Notes: generated by a model from the sequence alone, not told the origin. 60,140 nucleotides of DNA, filler included, from Sphacelaria rigidula (GCA_964200075.2; 9 parts of 9 records of this genome joined end to end with filler, not necessarily neighbours in it), one strand, 5' to 3'; shown: positions 36,180 through 48,978, counted from the first letter of the whole stretch. Made by a program: numbers and translations.

Positions 36180-39100
36180 GGAGCGAGTGACCAATCTTTC
36201 TCGCTCAACCTCCCCGGCACTTTGCAGAAGTTCTAATGATGACCGCTCACATCGACCCCCGTCTTCACCTCTTCGTACACAGCGTAACAGTTGCGTTGAC
36301 TCACAACTTAGCCCTACCCTTGGCTCTGAACTTGGTCCTCCGGAACTGAGCGTAAGTCTGAGGTGTGGGATCACCAACCGCCCATCTCTGAGGCACAGGC
36401 TTCCCTCAGCGACCGCACGCACAGACAGTAGTGTAATTCACTCGACTGGTATAAGTGTCGTTGGTCAGAATTTGACCGCTTCGGACCAGGTAACACCCAC
36501 CCAGGTCGAACAAGTTCACTCTTCGCGTTTATTGCACCATGCGAAGCTACCCCTGAATGGTTCCCACACAAACCATCCTACCATACCTTCGGCTATGACT
36601 CCGCAGTCAAGTTTGCCAGCGGACAGTCCACAAGCTTCGCCCGAGTATGCCCCGATGCTGACCCCATCAACTCAACTGGACGCAGTTGGGTTTTGTCCAA
36701 ACACTTTGAAAGTTCCTCGCCCTTTGTCACGGCAAGAGAGGAAGCCCCGTGAACATGCCCCCACTGAAGCGCGTGCAGCAACACGTACACCTCCCTCGAG
36801 CGGAAACTCTCGACCTTACTCTCTCCAAAATGCGACGACTTTGAGCTCGATGAACTTATTAAGTGTCCTAGAAGAATCCAAATAAGATATTTCGGATATT
36901 TCTACCTCTTCTGCGGACTACATTGAACAAGACGGGTCTACTTTAGGCGTTGATCCCTGTCTTCCCAACACGGTCATATATGAAATTGCTCATGACCAGC
37001 CGAGCTGTACTCACTCTGAGGACTACACATCATCCACCAAACTTTCTGGTTAGAACGTTGACCCCTCGGCGGATCACCCGCCCTCCGTTTTCGCCGTCAA
37101 CACTACTAATTCCGATCAATTTACACTGGCTGAACACAGTCCGGATCTTGTCGGCGGTAAAGTGTCTGTTGATCCTGCCACCTTTACTACTCGCGTAGCG
37201 CTCCATTGTGGACCATACGCAACCACCACTGCCAAATGCGTCTCTTTGTTAGACAGCGGCAGCCCACAAACATTCATTCGTGAATCAATGTGGGAACATA
37301 TGAAACAGCTTTGCGCTGCTTCGGCAGCTTGCGAAATCGCCACCAAACCTCGAGTATGGGGCGGTTTTGGTGACTCCACCGCATCTTTGACCACACAAAC
37401 ATCAGTTCGTCTTAGTGTGCAATTCTTTCACAATACAACTCGTTCTGCCAGCCTTGCAGTCTGGGCATATGTTGTCCCTGACAGCACCATGGCTCACGTC
37501 TTACTCATGGGCCAAGATAGTTACATGCGGTTTGATCAACGCACCTACCGCACGCTACCAGCATTATCGCCATAGTCTGCGCCTCGTGGAGAACTCAACC
37601 TTGAATGTTTCGGTACTCTTCACGGCGCCTTGGCCTACCAAAAAAATGAACAAGCTGCCGGAGCTGCTTACCACCTTCGATACGATGGTACTACTGGTGT
37701 TACCCTCTCCAATAACCCTAAACTGTTAGAAGTTGCCTTAGTTTGCGAAATGGCATGCCTGCCCTTACCGGACATTACCTCGCTGAAATGCTTCCTCGGG
37801 TTGGTGCGTCTGCCGGCACAGAACACTTCGTCTCCGCAGGGAAACAACTTTTGCCACTCACGGGTCACGCTAACTTGGAACCCCGAGATGTTTTGGATAT
37901 TGCTGCTGCTCCCCTCATGCACATTCCACTTGAGACATGTGCCACTGAACCCTGTACGCCCAACCCAGCGCCTCCGACCGACGGCTCTGCCAATTCCGTC
38001 GATGAGCCTTACTTCGACGTAACCTCTTCGTCTCCATCACGTATCCACACCGTGGACCCTGCACCGTCAACGTCCAAACCTCCTGCTGAGGTGCTGCAAC
38101 GTCTATCACCAGAATCTCGGACAAGTTTCTTGCACATGTGTGGTCAACTTCCACCCCAAATACGTGACAACAATTTTGACCTACATGGACCCGGTTGGGA
38201 ACCCGCTGTAATCGAAGAATTGAGCGATGTTTTATTGGCGTACCAAGACAGATTTTCTCGATCCAAAACGGATTGGGGGCATTGCAAAACGCTGCCCTTT
38301 GAAATCGCACTTGAACCTGGCGTCTCGCCAATCTCCTCTCGACCGTATCGGACGAACCCCATCCTTACCAAGAAAGTTAACGCCATATTAGATGCGTACG
38401 TACGTGGCGGTTTAATCCAGCACTCCTCTTCTCCGTGGGCTTCGCCGCTAGTGGTAGTCCCCAAAAAGGATGGAAACAGACGCATCACCGTGAATCATCA
38501 ACGGTTAAATCGCGTTACTCTAGTGGGAAAACTTCCCATTCCCCGCATAGATGAAGTCTTCGACTCTCTAGGCGAAGGCAAAATATTCAGTACCTTCGAT
38601 CTTGCTTCTGGATTTTTCCAGAATGCCATCCACCCTGACACAGTCCCGCTGATAGCGTTCTGTACATCTTCTGGACTCTACGAATGGCTCCGTATGCCAC
38701 AAGGTGCCGCCATTGCACCAGGTTGTTTTCAACGCCTAATGCAACGCGTTACCGAAAACCTCGAACACGTCATCATGAATTTCGACGACGCTATCGCATT
38801 CGATGCCTCCCCCCTTGCGCATGTGCACACCCTACGAGAGTTTCTCTCTCGACTGCGAAGACATGATTTGAAACTGTCCCCATCCACAGCTCGCCTTGGC
38901 GCGACTGAACTGGATTTTTTGGGACACCCAATTTCACCGGCGGGTCTACACCCCGAAACCAACAGAGTCAGGGCAATGACTGAATTGCCAACGCCACAAA
39001 CATTACTCAGCTCCGCTCATTATTAGGTGAACTGTCCTACTGTCGCAATTTTTTGCCTAACCTGTCCAAAAGGATTCGCCCGATTGCGAACTTCATAAAA

Positions 39101-39995
39101 AAAGGTGCGGCGTTTGTCTTCACTAAAGGTATGGAAGCTATCGTGCGCGACTTGCTGAAAATGCTCACCGAAAAGCCGGTCCTTTGTTTCCCGGACTGGG
39201 ATGCTGTACAAGACGGCTCTCGCCTCTTTCAACTACATACAGACGCAAGCACAGACGGGCCCGGCGCAGTCCTGGATCATTCTCAACTCAATGGCTCTAT
39301 TTGACCCATCCTTTTATCAGTCGCGCCACCCTTCCAAACGAGGCCACCAGGAGTCCACTGGAGCTGGAAGGCGGAGTCATCACTTTGGCCATAAAGCGCC
39401 TTTGACAATATGTGTTACATGTGCCTTTCTAAATATACACGGATCACGGAGCACTTAAACAACTTGCCAAAGTTGGCGAACATAACCCGCGTGTGCAACG
39501 CTGGTTGAAGTTCCTGACAGCTTATCATTATACTGTCAAACACCGCCCTGGCAAAACCAACGGAAATGCTGACCTTCTCTCCCGCTTGCCCCTCCCTCCA
39601 ACGGCTGTGGATTTCAGCCCCGCTTGCCGACTAACTGAACCCGATGAGCCCGGCGTGTATCCAATCCGGCGTTTCTCAACGCCCATTTACGCCCTTGACC
39701 TTCATTGCCCAGAGACGGGTATGCACATGGGCGGCCCCCGCCCCCTACCGTATGATGCAGTCTTGAATGGACTCCAACCCACCTTCGCTGACCTCGCTGA
39801 TTTCCGTACTATCGGTCCTCGCGCAAATATTGCAGTTTCTCCACCTCAAGTTGTCCATCTCATTTCCGAACAACACGCGCTCGCGGTCTGCCGCCCGCGC
39901 TAACCTTCTCCGCGCCCCACCACCACCGACAACACCTACTTCTCCAGCAAGCAGCGTCGCGCCGGCTCCCCGTAACACCGCACCACAAGCCTTGA
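36180..39995 (+). mobile_element. Degenerate Ty3/Gypsy retrotransposon (protease-RT-RNaseH)
   Basis: LLDSGSPQTFI protease; RT SSPWASPLVVVPKKDG, FSTFDLASGFFQ, RMPQG, NFDDAI and FLGH; RNase H LHTDAS, LELE, IYTDH and HRPGKTNGNADLLSR. The left boundary is uncertain. Confidence 0.9.
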
Positions 39996-40062
39996 CAGAC
40001 ACTTTCTACGATAGCCCCCCCCCCAAACCAGCTAAAAGTGTCACGAAAAAAATGGCCATATA

Positions 40063-40162
40063 NNNNNNNNNNNNNNNNNNNNNNNNNNNNNNNNNNNNNN
40101 NNNNNNTTAATTAATTAANNNNNNNNNNNNNNNNNNNNNNNNNNNNNNNNNNNNNNNNNNNN
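40063..40162. other. Artificial contig linker
   Basis: N44-TTAATTAATTAA-N44. Confidence 0.97.
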
Positions 40163-40239
40163 GTGTCCCCCGCGGGACCCCTCCGCCCCGCCGGGGTCTG
40201 GGGCCGTTGGGGGTGGGGGGGGGGGGGGGGGGGGGGGCA

Positions 40240-42710
40240 GCGGACGTACGTGCCCATGTTACATGTCGTGTCACGGAGATAGTTCCTCGTACAGTCAGAA
40301 CTCGCATCGCGTCACGTGGATAGCCCTGGGCTGGGCTCAAGTACCAGCATTTTTCGGCCTTCGGCTGTAATTTATTTGCCCGCTTCCTTCTACAAAAACC
40401 AGGCTTCAAGAACGGAATGAGATCACCTTCCGGTGGTGATCCATACCACATCTCATGCGGTGATTTGTGGTGCGGCTTAGCCGAGGTAGCGGTACAGTTC
40501 AGGGCGTGACACGCCCAGTTCGCCTGTTCAGCCCACAGGCTGCCACCATTTGGGATGCGCTCGTCGGGGTATAGCTGAGATGCTTGGATTCTGGCCGCAA
40601 GGCCTGCTGTTTTGATGATACCTAACGCTCGCTCTGCACCACCGTTGAACTGGGGCGAGTAGGCAATTGTCTTCTCCTGCTTGATCTTTTCCCTATCGCA
40701 TAGTTCACCAAATGCATCATCCGAAAATTCACCCCCGTCATCGCTACGGACTATCTCAATTTTTGTCGGAATGACCCATGCAACGTATTTCGCGAGATAT
40801 CTCTCTGCCTCATCCTTCTTACGGAGGAAATACAGCTTTGTGTGCCGTGAGTGATCATCCCGGACAATCATCGTGTACGACTTTCCCCCGTTAGACTTGG
40901 CTGGTTTCGGCCCGGAAAGATCTACGAACACCTAGACGCCGACTTAGCTGCTCTCGTGTGCGTCGATCTTGGAATCGGTGCCCGCAGTCCCTTCGCCTCT
41001 GAGCAGCCGCGGCAGGGCTGCAGCTTCCCAGCCAGCTGCTTTCCCTGCTGCTTCGCCGTCTTCCTCAGTAAATCTTCGTGGACGTGAGCGTGGGAACAGT
41101 GAAACTTGTTGATGTCAGCAGTCTGGGGGCCAGGCGGAGCCCCCGGGTCAATGACAGCATATGCCGAAGCACACTTGTCACTACCACTTTGGTCGAGGCG
41201 GCGGGTGTACATTCTGAGTTGACGTGGTTGTCCGGGTATTATCAGTGCATTTCCTGAATTGAGAGCTACCCTGAAACCTGTACGAAAACCAGTGTAGGTG
41301 TGTCCCATGTGTTGGACCCTCGTGAGTGACAAGAGGTGATGACGGACACCAGGTACATGGTCAACATCCACTAGTTTTAGGATCACATCCTGTCCGTCAG
41401 ATCTGAAGGCAAGAGACAAATTTCTTCTGCCTACGATCGGGTAAGTACTACCTCCCGCGCACCGTAGCACCCTACCCTTGCACTCTCTGTACTCCGTTAT
41501 CCCATGGGAATCGTGGGAGAAATGCTGGGTAGCCCCAGTGTCAAATACCCACGGTTCGCCCTCACGCTGCTGACTATCACCCCCCCGCTCAACACTCAGT
41601 GCATACTCGCCTGTGTCGCCGTTGATGGTGGTGTCAAGAGAGGTGAAAGCCTCCCCATCCGCCACCGAACAGACGGAGGAGCTGTCGCTGTCGTCGGCCG
41701 CGCTTGTCGCTATCACCGCGTCTTCTTTCTTCTCCGTCGATCTCGGGCAGTCCCAGAACGTGTGCCCCTGCCGACCGCACCTCCCGCAGTATCTCTTCGG
41801 GCAGTTCCTGACTCGATGCGTCGTGTTCTCGTTGCAAATGTGGCAGCGGAGCAGCTGCCCAGTCGCCGGTTTGCCGTCCGATGATGCCGACCCAGAGCTA
41901 CTTGAACTCTGGCTCCCGCCGTTTTTCTGACCGGAGCCCTGGGGTGTTTCCGGTTTTCCCTTGCCGTGCTGTAGACCTATGTCACTCAAGATCAGATTGC
42001 CATGTCGACTTCTCCCATCACGGGCACATGGACTTCAGCAACTTTAGTTATTTATGTATTAATCCTCAGCATAGTACAGGAGAACAGGACCATATAGCCT
42101 CTCTCCACCAGAGTGGCAAAACCAAGCCTACTCGCCATGGAGGTCACCATCACAGAGTCCGGCAATCAGACCCGCAACTCCACCTACAATGTCCCTGACC
42201 TTAGGTAACAATGGTGGCTAGGTCTACAGTGCGCACCGCTCGGTTTCCCGGTCCCACCCCTAGCAAGGAGAGCCTGGTCACCCGGGGATGACTTCCTTCC
42301 CCGGGCAAGTTCCTGCTTTAAATATGTCGATTCGAAGCGCTTTCGGATCGAAGTCAACACAACCTCCCGTGTCAGCGGTCCCTCTCGATCCTCGAGCAAT
42401 TGCTTCTGAATGTGATACTCGAAAGGCAACGCGTTATTTCAAGAGAATATGATTTTTATTTAGTCGTTCATGCTCCTCGTATGAATTCAGGTTACGTGCA
42501 AGTTCCTCCATCTCGAGCAGCTTCTGCTCTGGATCATCATGGACACCAATCTTGACTCCATCGAACTTTTCCAACAAAGCAGTTCTCGCCCCATTTGTTT
42601 TGGGGCGAAAGACATCCTCGAGGTTTCTCCAAACCGCAGCAGGTGAGTGGGTTCTAAGCAAAATATCTTGCTCCCTCCTTCCTTCTAAACTAGCTACGAG
42701 CAATCGTTTG
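40240..42710 (-). mobile_element. Degenerate Ty1/Copia retrotransposon (gag-zinc knuckles-protease-integrase)
   Basis: gag AVWRNLEDVFRPK; knuckles CHICNENTTHRVRNC and CGRCGRQGHTFWDC; protease WVFDTGATQH; pre-integrase HCSHAH..CRGC; integrase FVDLSGP, RSDDGGEF and PQFNGGAER. Integrase directly after protease is the Copia order. Confidence 0.92.
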
Positions 42711-42989
42711 GCCCTCACACGTGGACAGATAGCACCCTGTGGAGGGGATCCACAGGGTTTACGTACCCTGCGCAGTGTTTCTTGCGGGAATTTTACTGTA
42801 CAGTGTTTTTCAACGTAGCACAGGACGCTCCACACGGTTTCCCTACACTGGTCATGAATAGTGTGCGTCACAGGGTTCCGTCGCCCCGTGAAGAGTTCAT
42901 CGCTGCTGGCAATGCTGTGAAGTGTGTTTACGCACAAACATTACCCTCCACATGCAGCTGCGGGCGCAAGGTACCGGCGGGAAAAATAA

Positions 42990-43070
42990 CTGATCAGGTT
43001 GAACGGGGAATCGAACCCTCGACTTCATCGTCATATAGCCAACCGGTCACACACGGAGCTACGCGTGGTA
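42990..43070 (-). mobile_element. tRNA-derived SINE head (not a functional tRNA)
   Basis: A-box-like TAGCTCCGTGTG and B-box GGTTCGATTCCC. No complete cloverleaf. Confidence 0.5.
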
Positions 43071-44496
43071 GTCGTTGTGGGTGTAATGTATTCTTTGTAC
43101 TTCTGAATTTTGGGGCTCTCGAAGGTCCGTGTCAATAACACTGAAATCCCCCGAATTGTTTTTAGAGGCACAAGTGTAATGGAAATCTGGAATTTGGATA
43201 GCTTATGCTGTTCGAAATAAATTCTATAACTCCGAACTTGGAATAGGGGAAAAAGGATTCATTTCGAAGAGTTTAAGCTGTACAGATAATCCCATATACA
43301 CTGTATATAGCAGATGGAATTTGTACACCGCCAAGAATACCTGAAATTGGATGGAGAAAGAACTTGCTCGCGAGCAGCTTCAGCTGTTCAAGTCCCACAT
43401 ACTGCACGCAAGCTTTTGTTGCAGCTGACGTCATGATAACAGATCGCAATTTACCTCGGTCATGGATGCATATATATACCTGATGAAAGTCCCGTAGTCC
43501 CGTGTCGACGAAACTAAAACAATATACAGGGAATAATGAAACATCTCATCGCGCGGTTGATACTGCGTACTCGGGATATATATTCACAACAATAAACTGT
43601 ACTGGACTGTACAATACCATTGCATGCGGGACAGTGCGCTATACCGCCGTGCTTATACGTGCGGCGCCATGTACTGCAGATGGCTGGCTATGTATACAAT
43701 GTAGATGCCTGCAGCTTATTTTGATATATGGGGCGGGTGTTATATACCGTCACGAACTCCAGTTTTTCACGCGCGCGTTCCACATCATATTTGCGCGCAC
43801 AGCTTCTGCAGCACAGTAAGTAGGGCGTGAAAGGGAAGGGGGAAAGTACAGTACAGACAGCGCAGGACAATGTATGTGTATGTTCTCTACCTACAGTGCG
43901 ACGTGAAAAGGACTTGAACAACATTCAGCATATCGTACGCGGCCTGTATGCTGCACTACAGTATGTTATATCGCGGTGCGTCCGCAGCATGCATATGATG
44001 GTGAGTGTGTATATGCATAACATACGCGGCCGGTTGATTATTGTTCCTCGCACCCGCGCCTATATATACGCACTCCGCGTATGTCGTCACCGCGCGACGT
44101 CGCGATCATGAAAGAAGGTGCTCGAGTTTCCACCAACGAGAAATACATCATATCCACCCGCACGGCAGTGTGTATGTGTCTATATCCCTGTGCCCAACCC
44201 GTGCTCTTTGCTGCGGGGTTGTGGTGGTATAGCCGGGCGGAATAATACTGTTGTGCGGGTGGGTGCGTTCATTGATGTTCGATTTGGGTGCGGTGATATA
44301 TATACGGAGTATAGATATATCTTGGGGTGGTGATGGTCTTCAAATACTATTAATATACGATTGATTCAGTAATGTTTTCTAAACATGGTTCGTGTTGGTA
44401 GACGATGCAATACGGGGTTTTGTGAAAAATGTGGATACATTGACGAGGTATACCCAACCGCCCTCCCAGGGGTTTCAGACAAAGCACAGGTGTAGA

Positions 44497-44662
44497 CATA
44501 CTGCATCGTCACCAGCGCATGGGATCTGACACGCAGAAAAAGTTGCTGAAAGGTATTCATCCTTTTGCCCCCCAGTCCGTATGTACATGAGCTGAAGGAT
44601 GAATAGCTTTCAGCAACTTTTTCTGCGTGTCAGATCCCATGCGCTGGTGACGATGCAGTATG
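44497..44662. repeat. Near-perfect 68-bp inverted repeat with 30-nt loop
   Basis: 44497-44564 is the reverse complement of 44595-44662 with a single mismatch. Confidence 0.95.
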
Positions 44663-45339
44663 CGGGATTTGGCCAGCAGCTGACGCTGCTCGCAATAAAT
44701 ATCTTTTCCCCCAATCTCTGGATGAGTTGGAGGGAAAAGTGAACATTTATTTCGAGCTTCTTCTACTGTTCAAATTCCGAATCTGCCAATGTGCATGGGA
44801 TTTGCGCAGCAAAGAAGCTGTCCGAAATAGATCCTTTTTTCGCTCATTTCAAAAATGGGCGAAAAAATGATCGATCTTGAACAGCTTCTTCTGCTGTTGG
44901 AAATAAATCCTTTTGTTGCCGATATATGTTGGGCGAAAAAATGATATGTTTTGAATAGCTTGTCCTGCTGTCCAAAATAAATTCCTTTTCGCTCGATTCA
45001 AATCGGATGAAGAGGAATTTACCTCGGACAGGAGGACAAGCTATTTATTGAAAATATATAAATTCACAGATTTTGTACCAAAATATTTGGAATTTAAAAA
45101 GAAAAGGTCAGGGTTTTTTACCGAACACTACCACAGGACTGTGCAGCGCTTTGCCGACGTGCCCACACAGGGCTGCAAATCCAACCCCGGGGAAAACCCT
45201 ATCAAAACGCTACGAGGGGTACAGATTTGGCTTTTCACTGTCAGGGTTTTTTCACGAAGACTGTGGAGGACCCTGTACGGACCCTGCACAGTGCGCCCCA
45301 CAGGGTGCTATCTATCCACGGGTGATAGGTTTCCAGCAC

Positions 45340-45765
45340 ATCGGACCCGGCCTCAGATACTCACTCTACTCATGTTTCGAGTACATCGAGTACGGCCTCA
45401 AATACTCTACTGTACTCAAATTTGAGTACGTTGAGAACGGCCTCCAATGCTCTTACTCATAGTTTGAGTAGGTCGAGTACGACCTCAAATACTCTACTCA
45501 AGTTTTGAGTACGTTGAGTTTAGTCTCAAGTACTCTACTCAATTTTTAAGTAGATCGAGCACGACCTCAAATACTCTACTAAAGTGTTGAGTAAGCACTC
45601 TCAGTAATACTTGATTATAGAGTATCACTTGAGATTATGACCTCGATACTCTATAGAGTATAGATTATGACCTCGATACTCTACTCAAATTTCGAGTAGA
45701 CTGGGTATGATCTCAAATACTCCACTCGAATAACTGAGTAGGTCAAGTACGACCTCAAATACGCT
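45340..45765. repeat. About 41-bp degenerate minisatellite (about 10 units)
   Basis: tttgagtacgtcgagtacgacctcaaatactctactcaa-like units in tandem. Confidence 0.85.
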
Positions 45766-45769
45766 ACAC

Positions 45770-46685
45770 ACGAGACCATTCGGCTACCTCGTAGAGGAAT
45801 TTTCAAACGTCATCCTCGGTTCCGTCCGCTTTAAATTCCCCCTAGATGATCTTGGGTATTCGTAATCCTCTAGGGGATTTTCAATGTTGGGGCCCTCGAA
45901 GGTCTGTGGCGATATTAAAATTTCCTGGATTGTTTTTGGAGGCACAAGTTCTATGGAAATCTGGAATATTCACAGCTGTTGGAAATAAGTCCTGATTCCA
46001 AATTATTGGAATCAGGCCAAAATGATCTATTTCGAATAGCAGAGGCTGTGCAGATCCCATATACACTCGCGAATGAAATTTGTACACCAGAAACTGCTCG
46101 AAATAAGTCCTCATTTTGCACACCAATACCTTGAATTGGGCAAAAAAAGACTCTTATCCTCGAGCAGCTTTTGCTGTTCAAGTCCCACATACGGCACGGT
46201 ATCGGTGAATGAGAGTCGAGAGACAGCAGAAGTCGTTGAGAACTCATCACACGCGGCCATTCGGTTACCTGTCGAGGATTTTGCAAAACGAAACCCTACC
46301 TAGCGTCCGTTTTTAGAATGCCCTCTAGAGGACATTGGGCATTTGTATCCCTCTAGAGGGTATTGGGCATTTGTAATCCTCTAGAGGGTTCTCAAGGTTG
46401 GGGTCTTGCTCGAAGGTCGGCGTCAGTACCGGAATCGTTTGGATTATTTTTGAAGGCACGCGCATGATATGGAAAACGCAATTCGTACAGCCTCTGCTGT
46501 TCGAAATAAATCCTTCATGCCCGACGTCGGGCATAAAGCAAAGGACTTGTTTTTTGCTTCATGCCCGACGTCGGGCATGAAGGATTTATTTCGAACAGCA
46601 CAGTCGGCTGTACAAATCCCATATATACTGGTAGGTGGAATTTGTAAAGCAAAAGCTGTTTGAAATAAATCTTCCTTTTGCCCAT
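45770..46685. repeat. About 480-bp diverged tandem repeat family (also 43105-43405)
   Basis: ccattcgg(c/t)tacct recurs at 45776 and 46257; ctcgaaggtc recurs at about 43117, 45895 and 46408; many ctgttcgaaataaatcc motifs. Confidence 0.7.
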
Positions 46686-46755
46686 CAATGTGTGTTGTGT
46701 GTTGTCGTCCCATTTATTCTGGGCACCAGTCTACACCTTTCGGTGTATGTGGGTG

Positions 46756-46855
46756 NNNNNNNNNNNNNNNNNNNNNNNNNNNNNNNNNNNNNNNNNNNNT
46801 TAATTAATTAANNNNNNNNNNNNNNNNNNNNNNNNNNNNNNNNNNNNNNNNNNNN
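46756..46855. other. Artificial contig linker
   Basis: N44-TTAATTAATTAA-N44. Confidence 0.97.
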
Positions 46856-48236
46856 AATGAGTTGCTTTATTCTGTGGTATCGCCACCTCCAGAGACAGCC
46901 ACAGCTTTTACACTGCCTCATGGATGTCTACGGGGTGGGAGGGGGGTATGTACTCATGATCTTGCATGCCATAGTCATAAGACCATTGACCTCGCATCGC
47001 AAGAGAGCCGGGGCGGAGCACGCCGGGTTTTCGCTGGACCAGGCTCGCGATCACCAAGCGCGAAGCGCCGTGATGTGTTCTGCGAGTCGCATGAAGGGTG
47101 AGCTGCATCCTGCTAAGATTGTTCGGCCCGAAGCGCACTGATCACCTTGCATACGGATGACAGCCTGGAATGAGTTGCTTCATTTTCTGGTATCGCCTAA
47201 TCCAGAGACAGTCACGGGTTATACACTCCCTCATAAATGTCCCACCATATGAACACTACGTTGGGCGATCAGCCCCTTTGCGCGCAGTTGGAGTTATCCA
47301 CCCCGCCCAATATGAGCTTCTTCGAACACCATCATGGTTACCTAAAAAAAAACAAGCGGAAAACCCAGGTAACCTGGTTTCCTAGCTTGATCAGTGAGCG
47401 GCGCGTTTTACCGCGCCGTTGCCAACCGACGCCAACCCTCAACGGGGAAGGGTTGGGATTAGCGCTAACCGTGAGGGACGGGGGGGCGTACTCATTTGTT
47501 GTTCGCCTTAGTCGTTTGACCATTGACCATGCATCCCTACAAAGCTAGGATGGAGCACGCCGGGTTTTCACCGGACCAGGCTCGCAATCAATCACCAAGC
47601 GCGAAGCGCTGTGATGTCTTCGGCGAGTGGTGACGTACTTCGATAGTGGTGTGTGGCAGTTCGTTAGCACGAGAAATAGCATCAATATTTACTGTAAGGA
47701 GAATGATGTGGGGTGTCCACATACGTGTGTGTTCACACAAGTTCAACATGTTGTTGGCCCTTCCTACAAGTAAGGAGGGAACTTGACCCAACACGTATCC
47801 CGCGAGCGGGTCCGTGTGCCGATTACTCAGAGGCTCGGCTAGACTGCCTCACGGCAGTCACGTCGCATGAAGGGTGAGCTGCATCCTAAGATTGCTCGAC
47901 GCGAGGCGTACTGATTGTCTTGCATTTGGATGACAGCCTCCAATGAGTCGCTTAATTTTCTGGTATCGCCACTGCCGGCAACAGCCACGGGTCACGCACT
48001 GCCTTATGGTTGTCTCAACATACGCACACTACGTATAAATACTTCGAAGTAGTAGTATGATCATCCCCTTTGCGCGCAATTGAGGTCTCCCACCCCGCAC
48101 AATACGGTTTGGCTCGATTATCATCGTGGGTACCCCAACAATAAACGCAAGCGCAAAAACAAACGGTAACCTGGTTGCACATCTTACGCAGTGAGTGGTG
48201 TCTTTTACAGGGTCGTTGCCAACCGACGCCAACCCC
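46856..48236 (-). mobile_element. Head-to-tail cluster of the about 500-bp SINE-like element
   Basis: Partial copy 46856-46930, full copy 46940-47438, and a chimeric copy 47480-48236 interrupted at 47629-47861. Confidence 0.8.
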
Positions 48237-48267
48237 ATGGGTGGAGGGGGAACCAAGCGGTATTTTT

Positions 48268-48640
48268 TCAGTGTTTGCCTTTACTGGATTTCACGCGGTG
48301 AGAGAAACACTCCCGCTTGCTCGTCAACGTTGGAATAGCTGACGGCGTTGTTTCTTCATCCGGATCAAATCTTCTCGTTTTTCGTAGGTGATCTAATTCT
48401 GTCGCTTTCCGCATATTTTCCACTTGGAGTTCGGGACCAAGCGTTTCCAGTCCGGAAACCATTTCTCGCCGATGGATGGATTTTGAGTCCACTGCATCGA
48501 CCACCGGGCGCACGGCCCGTAAATCCAAAGAGAGAAACTTCTGCAAACGTGGCAAAGACGCCAAGACCACACCATCACCTCGCTGCTTCCAGCACTCAAC
48601 ACGGCGTTTGCAGTATTTGAGGCCTTGAGAGCTTCGCTCT
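48268..48640 (-). CDS. Unidentified gene, third visible exon (3' limit uncertain)
   Basis: tatttcag|A GAG CGA... The phase-2 start matches the preceding exon, and the frame is open to TGA at 48268. Confidence 0.55.
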
Positions 48641-48978
48641 CTGAAATATAGCGCACTTCGTGAATCCCCATCAGTCCGCCTCCCGTTAAAAACGAAACAA
48701 AGGCGGCGGTAGGTAGTACGTGCATTTGCTATATATACGCACTCATCACTCAGCATTAGAAAGTACTCTGCCGAACGAAATGATTCACACTACAGTATAT
48801 CTCGTTACGATGTTTTCTTGCCCGTCCCGATCTTCGTTGTTTGTCCTTCTTCCATACGACCACAACAACGAGGCGCATCTCGCTCGCTGCTGCTGCTGTT
48901 GCTGCTGCTGCTATTGCCATCAATATCTCCTACATCGACGTTTTTTCACATCCTCCACCCACGCTGAAAGTCTCCTAC

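Noticed and set aside
42990..43070. tRNA gene
   Set aside because: B box present, but acceptor and anticodon stems cannot be formed. Treated as a SINE head, like the weaker GGTTCGAATC at about 1130-1140.
45340..45765. CRISPR-like array
   Set aside because: Units are contiguous degenerate tandem repeats without unique spacers, no cas genes are present, and the context is eukaryotic.
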